From Candidatus Nealsonbacteria bacterium (GTDB taxonomy: Bacteria; Patescibacteriota; Minisyncoccia; Minisyncoccales; JANBVM01), in contig CP179887.1 in NCBI GenBank assembly GCA_047456295.1, positions 111,159 through 175,158 of the forward strand: a stretch of DNA of 64,000 bases. Reading direction: 5' to 3'. Position 1 is the first letter of the stretch; each line of letters starts with the position of its first letter. Shown piece after piece: positions 17,478 to 24,348 of the stretch. Position numbers and translations under genes: made by a program. Below the pieces are notes generated by a model. The model was not told where the DNA came from. It worked only from the letters and a program-made list of their open reading frames with translations, and did not search any database.

Positions 17478-20057
17478 ATGTTTAATTTTGATTTAAGAAA
17501 AACAGGAATTTTCCAGGCAGTAATTTGGGAAAGGAATCCATTCTTCAGGTTTACCAAAATTCTAAAAAGATTGTTCTGGATTCTTTTTATTATTGTGTTT
17601 TTATTTTTTTGGTATGAATTAATACTTGAAGAGTTTTCAGCATCTTTAACCCGTAAGCTGCTTGGTCTTTCAATAATATCTCTGATTCTTTACCTAATTT
17701 TCTGGATTAATGAATTTTTCTTAGAGTTAAAGATAAAGAAACCTGAATCAAAGATAAAGCTGACAGATAAAGTAGTAAAAGATAAGGGAAAGCATAATCT
17801 GGCTGAATTTTTAAGTTTTGAAACAGCCAAAGCTGTATTAAAAGCAATCAGGTTTGCCAAATCAAAAAAAATCCCTCAAATAAATTCTTCACTTTTATTT
17901 TATTTCATTTTAAAAGACAATCCCAGATTAAATTTTATCTTTTTTCGGGCTTTATTGCATCCAAAGGAAATTAAAAAGATATTCTTTGAAAATCTTAAGA
18001 CCTTGAAAACAGGTTCTGTCAATAAAACAAACAAAGATTCCAAAGAGATTTTTGATGTAAGTTTCCAGAAAGTTATTTTAGACTCTTTAAAGATAGCTGA
18101 GGAAAGGAAACACCAAAAAATTGAGCTCTTAGATATAATTTCTGCTCTGGCAAAACATGATTTAATTTTTAAAAAAATATTAATCAATTCCAATTTAAAG
18201 GCAGAAGACATGGAGAATCTGTCATCCTGGTTAGAAAGGCTTGAAAACAAAGACAAAGAAAGAAAAAAGTTCTGGGAATGGAAGAATTTATTGAGAAAAG
18301 GTTCCTTGGGTAAAGAATGGGCAGCAGGTTATACAGTTACTCTAGATAAGTTCTCTCTTGACCTGTCCAAGATAGCTAAGATACAGGGTTTCCCGGAAAT
18401 CATTGGTCATCAAAAAGAGATTGAAGAAATAGAAAGGGTTTTATCCCGCACCCAAGACAATAATGTATTAATAGTGGGGGAACCAGGCAGTGGAAGAAAA
18501 AGTATAATTCAGGCCCTGGTTGAAAAAAGCGCTCTGGGCGAAAGTCTGCCTGACATAAACTATAAGAGAGTGGTTCAATTAAATTTACCCACACTCTTGA
18601 GTCAAACAGAAACAGTAGAGAAGGTGGGAAACTTATTGGAAATAATATTCAGAGAAATAAGTTCAGCAGGAAACATAATCTTGGTCATTGATGAATTCCA
18701 TAATTTTGTCAGCGGAAAAACCAGACCAGGAGTAATTGACATTTCCGGGGTCTTAGCATCTTTTTTACAATTACCTCAATTTCAGGTTGTAGCCATTACC
18801 ACGTTCAGCGGTCTCCACAAATACATTGAGCAAAATCCTTCTATTTTAAACCTCTTTGAAAGGGTTGAGGTGTCTGAAATTTCTCATAAAGAAACCCTGG
18901 TTGTTTTAGAAAACATGGCCCTTCAACTGGAAGCAAAATATAAAAGGTTTATCTCATATCAAGCCCTTCGCGATATTATCATGTACTGCGATAAATATTT
19001 AGCTGATACTCCTTTTCCAGAAAAGGCAACAGAGTTATTGGATGAAGTAATGGTTTATGTTACCCAAATAAAAGAGAAGGTGGTTTTGGCAAAACATGCA
19101 GCAAAGATTGTGTCTGATAAAACCGAGGTACCGGTGGGGGAGATAGAAACCAAAGAAAAAGAGATATTGTTGAACCTGGAAAATTTAATCCATAAAAGAA
19201 TTATCAATCAGGAAGAAGCAGTAAAGCAGGTTTCAGCTGCCCTGAGAAGAGCCAGGACTGAAATTACAATCAGAAAAGGAACAATGGGATCGTTTTTATT
19301 CTTGGGTCCCACAGGAGTAGGCAAAACTGAAACTGCCAAAGCTTTAGCTGAAATCTATTTTGGTTCTGAGAACAGAATAATCAGACTCGATATGTCTGAG
19401 TTCCAAGATGTTTCTGATATTCCCAGATTGATTGGTTCTCCAGGAGAAGAAGGATTGTTAACCACCAAGGTAAGGGAAGATCCCTTTTCCTTAATCCTTT
19501 TAGACGAGATAGAAAAAGCCCATCCAAACATTTTAAATCTGTTCTTACAGGTATTGGATGAAGGCCATTTAACAGACGGTTTGGGAAGAAAGGTTGATTT
19601 TAAAAATAGCATTATTATTGCCACCTCCAATGCAGGTTATCTTATTATCTTGGAAGCCTTAAAGAAAAACAGGAAAATGTCTGAGGTAAAAGAAGAACTT
19701 ATAGATTTTCTTTTTAAAAAAGGTTTGTTTAGACCAGAATTTATTAATCGTTTCGATGCTGTGGTTTTGTTCAAGGCTCTTACCAAAGAAAATCTATTGG
19801 ATATTGCAGGATTATTATTCAAAAAACTAAAGAAAAACTTAATCCAAAAAGACATTGAATTTATCATTACTCCAGGACTGAAAGAAAAAATTGTTGAACT
19901 CAGTTATAATCCTAAATTTGGAGCCAGAGAAATGAAAAGGGTTATTCAAGATAAGATTGGAAATGTATTGGCAAAATCCCTTTTAAGCAACGAGATAAAA
20001 AAAGGAGATAGAATAGAGATTGATCCAAAGGAATTTAGTTTAAGAATTAACCCCTGA
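17478..20057 (+). CDS. membrane-anchored Clp/Hsp100-type double AAA+ ATPase
   Basis: Two N-terminal TM helices. D1 has GEPGSGRKS and VIDEFH. D2 has GPTGVGKTE and LLDEIEKAH, followed by GAREMKR. Confidence 0.85.
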   Translation: MFNFDLRKTGIFQAVIWERNPFFRFTKILKRLFWILFIIVFLFFWYELILEEFSASLTRKLLGLSIISLILYLIFWINEFFLELKIKKPESKIKLTDKVVKDKGKHNLAEFLSFETAKAVLKAIRFAKSKKIPQINSSLLFYFILKDNPRLNFIFFRALLHPKEIKKIFFENLKTLKTGSVNKTNKDSKEIFDVSFQKVILDSLKIAEERKHQKIELLDIISALAKHDLIFKKILINSNLKAEDMENLSSWLERLENKDKERKKFWEWKNLLRKGSLGKEWAAGYTVTLDKFSLDLSKIAKIQGFPEIIGHQKEIEEIERVLSRTQDNNVLIVGEPGSGRKSIIQALVEKSALGESLPDINYKRVVQLNLPTLLSQTETVEKVGNLLEIIFREISSAGNIILVIDEFHNFVSGKTRPGVIDISGVLASFLQLPQFQVVAITTFSGLHKYIEQNPSILNLFERVEVSEISHKETLVVLENMALQLEAKYKRFISYQALRDIIMYCDKYLADTPFPEKATELLDEVMVYVTQIKEKVVLAKHAAKIVSDKTEVPVGEIETKEKEILLNLENLIHKRIINQEEAVKQVSAALRRARTEITIRKGTMGSFLFLGPTGVGKTETAKALAEIYFGSENRIIRLDMSEFQDVSDIPRLIGSPGEEGLLTTKVREDPFSLILLDEIEKAHPNILNLFLQVLDEGHLTDGLGRKVDFKNSIIIATSNAGYLIILEALKKNRKMSEVKEELIDFLFKKGLFRPEFINRFDAVVLFKALTKENLLDIAGLLFKKLKKNLIQKDIEFIITPGLKEKIVELSYNPKFGAREMKRVIQDKIGNVLAKSLLSNEIKKGDRIEIDPKEFSLRINP

Positions 20058-20095
20058 TAGATTGGGTTAAGCTTAAATATATATAAAAATTGTTT

Positions 20096-20118
20096 CCCCT
20101 TTTATCAAGGGGTTTTTT
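20096..20118 (+). terminator. Rho-independent terminator
   Basis: CCCCTT (20096-20101) pairs with AAGGGG (20107-20112), followed by TTTTTT. Confidence 0.7.
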
Positions 20119-20123
20119 ATATG

Positions 20124-20273
20124 TGTGGATAAAATGTGGATAAAAAGTAATTTTTATCGGGATTTTTAAAGAATTTCACTTTAATTTGACTAAGACATAT
20201 AAAGTGAGATAAAGTGAATACAGGTGGGGGATTGTGGATAAGTATGTTAATAAGTGCCCTCAACTGTGGATAA
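20124..20273 (+). promoter_or_regulatory. mraZ upstream repeat array (MraZ operator-like and/or DnaA-box cluster)
   Basis: TGTGGATAA occurs at 20124, 20135, 20233 and 20265. GTG cores at 20204, 20214, 20224 and 20234 have an exact 10-nt period (AAAGTGAGAT AAAGTGAATA CAGGTGGGGG ATTGTGGATA). Confidence 0.6.
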
Positions 20274-20283
20274 CTCATAATTT

Positions 20284-20715
20284 ATGTTTATTGGTGAATA
20301 CTCATACATAATTGACAGTAAAAAAAGAGTGGCCATACCACCTAAATTTCGCAAAACCTTAGGAAAAACAGCGGTTATTACCAGGGGATTGGATAATTGT
20401 TTAATAGTATATCCTTTAAAAGAGTGGGGGGGAGTAACCAAAAAATTAGAGGCTTTACCCAATACTCAGGTTGATGCCAGGGGATTTGTCAGAATCATGC
20501 TTTCAGGAGCAGTAGACGTAAGGCTTGATAAATTAGGCAGGATATTAATCCCTGATTATCTAAAAGATTATGCTTCTTTAAAAAAGGAAGTGGTGGTAAT
20601 AGGCCTTTCTAATAAAATAGAAATCTGGGATGAAAAGAAATGGCAAGAATACAGAGAAAAAACAGAAAAAGAAGTAGGAGATATAGCTAGCAGATTACAA
20701 GAATTGGGAATTTAA
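20284..20715 (+). CDS. mraZ: transcriptional regulator MraZ
   Basis: Duplicated SpoVT/AbrB-like halves: DSKKRVAIPPKFR and DKLGRILIPDYL. Confidence 0.9.
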   Translation: MFIGEYSYIIDSKKRVAIPPKFRKTLGKTAVITRGLDNCLIVYPLKEWGGVTKKLEALPNTQVDARGFVRIMLSGAVDVRLDKLGRILIPDYLKDYASLKKEVVVIGLSNKIEIWDEKKWQEYREKTEKEVGDIASRLQELGI

Positions 20716-20794
20716 TGCACAAAAGTGTTTTTAAAACAGAAATTATTCGTAATCCCTGTTTCTGAAGTGCCAAACTTCGGACAGCAGTAAAATT

Positions 20795-21100
20795 ATGACC
20801 AAAACAAATAATATTAAGATCCTGCGGGTTCCCTTCCTTATCTTAACTTTGTTTTGTTTGGTTTATTACATTTTCCAGGTTGGAGCCCTGAGTCAGGAAT
20901 TGTATCTTATTGAAGATTACGAAAATAGATTGGGCATGCTTTTAGAGAAGAATAAATTTTTAGACATTAATTTTTCCAAAATGAGTTCTCTGTCTAACAT
21001 TGAAAATTACCTTATGTCCAGAAACTTTGTAAAGGTAGGGCCCAGCCAGGTGAAATATATCCAGATTTTAGAAAGCTCTGTGGTAAGCAAACCCCGTTAG
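20795..21100 (+). CDS. FtsL-like cell-division membrane protein
   Basis: 101 aa with a single N-terminal TM. Positioned between mraZ and ftsI. Confidence 0.5.
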   Translation: MTKTNNIKILRVPFLILTLFCLVYYIFQVGALSQELYLIEDYENRLGMLLEKNKFLDINFSKMSSLSNIENYLMSRNFVKVGPSQVKYIQILESSVVSKPR

Positions 21101-21147
21101 GAATTCTTTTTTAAACAGCAGTTATATAGTTATATAATGTAGAATCA

Positions 21148-22794
21148 ATGAAAAACTGGAGAACTGATATAATCTTTGTTATCTTTCTGCTTGTTTCAGC
21201 GACTATTATAGGTCGTCTGGTTTTTATTCAAATTCTCCAGGGCGATCTTTACAAGGCCCTTTCCCAGGGTCTCCATGCCTCTTTTAATGAAATGCCTGGA
21301 AACAGGGGAGAGATTTTTTTGAAAGGAGGAGAGTCTCTGGCAATAAACATAGACCAGCCATTTGTTTTTACCCATCCCTCAAAGATTAAAAACCTTGAGG
21401 AAACAGTTAATGATTTAAGTCAGGTCTTAGGTCTGGAAAAGGATTTTCTCTTGGCAAAACTGCAAAAGGATAATTCTTACTTATTATTGAAAAGAAAGTT
21501 GAATCAACAAGAACTTGAGGCTTTGGAAGAATTAAACATGGAAGGTATTTATATTGATAAAGAAAAAGGAAGATATTATCCCCAGGAAAACCTGGCTTCC
21601 CAGATAGTGGGTTTCCTGGGAGCAGAAGGAAAAGGACAATATGGTCTGGAACAATTCTACAACCTGATATTGACAACCGAAGCCAGCTTTGAAGAAAACA
21701 AACAGGGTTCTGATTTAATCCTGACCATTGATTACAATATTCAGTTTAAGGCAGAAGAACTATTGCAAAAGGTAAAACAGGATTTAGGGGTTGAAAAGGG
21801 ACAGGTGATTGTAATTGAACCTAATTCTGGAAAGATACTGGCTATGGCCAATCTGTTAAATTTCAATCCCAACCATTATGAACAATATGCCAGAGAAGGA
21901 AATCTGGAAGTTTTCAAAAACAGAGCCACCCAGGAATTGTTTGAACCAGGTTCTGTTTTCAAGGCAATAACCATGGCAGCTGCCCTGCAAGAAAATAAAA
22001 TTTCCCCTCAAACAACTTACATTGACGAAGGGTCTGTAAAAATTGATGGTTATCCGACTCCTATTTATAATTACGGTCAGAGAGTTCACGGAAAACAAAC
22101 AATGACCAATGTTTTGGAAAAATCAATCAATACCGGGGCTGTTTTTGTACAAAGACAATTAGGTCAAAGCCTTTTTTTGAAATACATAGAAAGCTTTGGT
22201 TTTTTTGAACCTACGGGAATTGACATTCAAGAAACTTATTCTGAAAATAAAGAAATAAAAAAGGGCAGGGAAATAAATTTTGCCACAGCTTCCTTTGGTC
22301 AGGGAATTGAGATAACCCCTATTCAGCTGGTTCGAGCTTATTCTGCTATTGCCAACAAAGGAAGATTAATTAATCCTTATCTGGTAGAAAAAATATTATA
22401 TCAGGAAGATGGACTTGTAATTCCTCAACAGGAAGACACGGGAAAATCTGTTATCTCTTCAATGACCGCTTCTCAATTGACTGCCATGCTGGTGAGTGTG
22501 GTTGAAAATGGCTTTGGTAAACAGGCCAGGGTACCGGGTTATTTTATTGCCGGGAAAACAGGAACAGCCCAGGTTTCTTACGGCGCCCTAGGAATTGACA
22601 AAGATGGTTACTCTGAAGAAACCATTCAAACATTCATTGGTTTTGGCCCGGCTTTCAATCCTCAATTCTTAATCCTGGTAAAGTTAGACAATCCAAAAAC
22701 AAAAACTGCTGAATATTCTGCCATACCCTTGTTTCGTGAATTGGCAGGATACATTATTAATCAATATCAAATTCCACCGGATTATGAATTCTAA
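21148..22794 (+). CDS. ftsI: penicillin-binding protein 2 / FtsI transpeptidase
   Basis: N-terminal TM. GSVFK (SxxK), SINT (SxN) and KTGTA. Confidence 0.9.
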   Translation: MKNWRTDIIFVIFLLVSATIIGRLVFIQILQGDLYKALSQGLHASFNEMPGNRGEIFLKGGESLAINIDQPFVFTHPSKIKNLEETVNDLSQVLGLEKDFLLAKLQKDNSYLLLKRKLNQQELEALEELNMEGIYIDKEKGRYYPQENLASQIVGFLGAEGKGQYGLEQFYNLILTTEASFEENKQGSDLILTIDYNIQFKAEELLQKVKQDLGVEKGQVIVIEPNSGKILAMANLLNFNPNHYEQYAREGNLEVFKNRATQELFEPGSVFKAITMAAALQENKISPQTTYIDEGSVKIDGYPTPIYNYGQRVHGKQTMTNVLEKSINTGAVFVQRQLGQSLFLKYIESFGFFEPTGIDIQETYSENKEIKKGREINFATASFGQGIEITPIQLVRAYSAIANKGRLINPYLVEKILYQEDGLVIPQQEDTGKSVISSMTASQLTAMLVSVVENGFGKQARVPGYFIAGKTGTAQVSYGALGIDKDGYSEETIQTFIGFGPAFNPQFLILVKLDNPKTKTAEYSAIPLFRELAGYIINQYQIPPDYEF

Positions 22795-22795
22795 T

Positions 22796-23836
22796 ATGAA
22801 TCTCTTATCTAAATTTAAATTCTTGTGCAGGAAAAAACCAGTTATTGTGGTAACTGGACAAGGCAGAAAAACTGCTGTCAGGGCTGTTTTGGATGTTTTA
22901 AAACAACATTTTAAGGTTGGGAAAGATATCTTAATTTTTGAATCAACAGATAAAGAGATAAAAAGATTTGAATTCTTTTTGAGAAAATCTCCTAAGGCAT
23001 CAGTGATTGTCACTAATATTGGCGATATTCCTTTTGACAGGGATTATTTTGGCGGAGAAAAGGAAGAGATAAAAAATACCCTTAAACTGGTTGAAACCCT
23101 GCCTGCCCAGACAAATTTAATTTTGAATTTTGACGATGAAACCGTGAGAGAAATAGATGATTTGACTAATCTTAATACCCTGAGCTTTGGTTTCCAGCTA
23201 GGAGCAGACTTTAAGGCAAGTGATGTGAAATTTAACGGTGGAACAAACTTTAAGGTGAATTATAAGGGGAATGTTGTTCCTGTCTGGCTGGAAAAGATTT
23301 TTGGCAAAGAACAGATTTACTCTGCTTTATGTGCAACAGCTATGGCAACGGTTTTGGGATTAAACCTGGTGGAAACGTCTCAATCTCTTAAAAACTATCA
23401 TTCTTTGCCAGGTAAAATGAAACTCATTAAAGGGATAAAAAACTCCTGGATATTGGATGATACTGAATCAGCAACCGTATTCTCAATGATTGAAGCGCTT
23501 GAAATCTTGGGAAAGCTTAAAAACTTCAAAAGAAAGATAGCTGTTTTAGGGGACATTATAGGGATTGGAAAATACACCATTGAAGCCCATGAAGCCATAG
23601 GGGAAAAGGTGATTGAAAATGCTGATTTTCTCTTTACCTTTGGTTCCCGGGCTCGCTTTATTTCCAAAGGAGCTGAAGTAAAGGGAATGGTTAATGAAAA
23701 AATATCTTCATTTAATACGATTGAACAAGGAGTGTCAGAGCTTCGAAAAGAAATTAAAGAAGGTGACCTGATTCTCGTTGATGGTTCCAAAGACATGCAA
23801 ATGAAAGAGATAGTTGAAAAAATTAAAGTTAGATAG
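22796..23836 (+). CDS. divergent Mur ligase family protein (MurF-like)
   Basis: VVTGQGRKT where GTNGKT is expected, plus VTNIG, LDDTESA and GDIIGIG..T..H. Start could be 22784 or 22796. Confidence 0.55.
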   Translation: MNLLSKFKFLCRKKPVIVVTGQGRKTAVRAVLDVLKQHFKVGKDILIFESTDKEIKRFEFFLRKSPKASVIVTNIGDIPFDRDYFGGEKEEIKNTLKLVETLPAQTNLILNFDDETVREIDDLTNLNTLSFGFQLGADFKASDVKFNGGTNFKVNYKGNVVPVWLEKIFGKEQIYSALCATAMATVLGLNLVETSQSLKNYHSLPGKMKLIKGIKNSWILDDTESATVFSMIEALEILGKLKNFKRKIAVLGDIIGIGKYTIEAHEAIGEKVIENADFLFTFGSRARFISKGAEVKGMVNEKISSFNTIEQGVSELRKEIKEGDLILVDGSKDMQMKEIVEKIKVR

Positions 23837-23941
23837 AAGAAAGGGAATACTAATTAAAACTAGTTGATTTTTAAACAATTTTGAGTATAATCTTAAATAT
23901 ATCTTAGTTGATCTTTTAAAATTAACTTGGGATGAAAAAGA

Positions 23942-24130
23942 ATGGTTCGAATAATAATTCCTTGCTCCTGTGGGTATAAAATAAAAGTAGAGACAGACAA
24001 GAAGATTAGGCCAAGAAAAATAAATGGAAAATTAGCCAAGAATAAAAGTGGGAAAATAAGTTGTCCCCGTTGTGAAAAAGAATTTGATTTGTATAAAACA
24101 ATGTGCAAACAAAAAAAGCAAAGGAGATAA
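23942..24130 (+). CDS. small zinc-ribbon protein
   Basis: CSCG...CPRC pairs. TTGATT-16-TATAAT lies upstream (23864-23891). Confidence 0.35.
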   Translation: MVRIIIPCSCGYKIKVETDKKIRPRKINGKLAKNKSGKISCPRCEKEFDLYKTMCKQKKQRR

Positions 24131-24154
24131 AGCTGGATTTACCCGGCTTTTTTT
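24131..24154 (+). terminator. Rho-independent terminator
   Basis: AGCTGG pairs with CCGGCT (one G:U pair), followed by TTTTTTT. Confidence 0.5.
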
Positions 24155-24201
24155 ATTTAAAGCGTTTTCAAAAATAAGACTTTATGATAATCTGATATAC
24201 T

Positions 24202-24273
24202 GGCCCCATCGTCTAGTGGCTAGGACGCGAGGTTCTCAACCTCGTAACTCGGGTTCGATTCCCGATGGGGCCA
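24202..24273 (+). tRNA. tRNA-Glu (anticodon CUC)
   Basis: Hand-folded 72-nt cloverleaf. Acceptor GGCCCCA/TGGGGCC, anticodon stem CGAGG/CCTCG, loop TTCTCAA, T-arm TCGGG-TTCGATT-CCCGA. Confidence 0.9.
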
Positions 24274-24348
24274 CTAAATATTAATAAAGGAACCATAACC
24301 AAGCTTGAGAGGCTTTAAAACTTCTTCTTTTTTTATTAAAATAGACTA

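Noticed and set aside
20124-20273. Interpreting the four DnaA-box 9-mers as the chromosomal origin oriC.
   Set aside because: Not adopted as the primary call.
- No dnaA or dnaN gene is adjacent.
- Genes on both sides (2.6-30.4 kb) are all on the + strand, whereas an origin usually separates divergently oriented gene blocks.
- The 10-nt phased GTG repeats fit an MraZ operator.
- A whole-genome GC-skew analysis is needed to exclude it fully.
24072-24284. 70-aa + strand ORF.
   Set aside because: It reads straight through the terminator hairpin and the entire tRNA-Glu gene (24202-24273). It is an artefact of an open frame.
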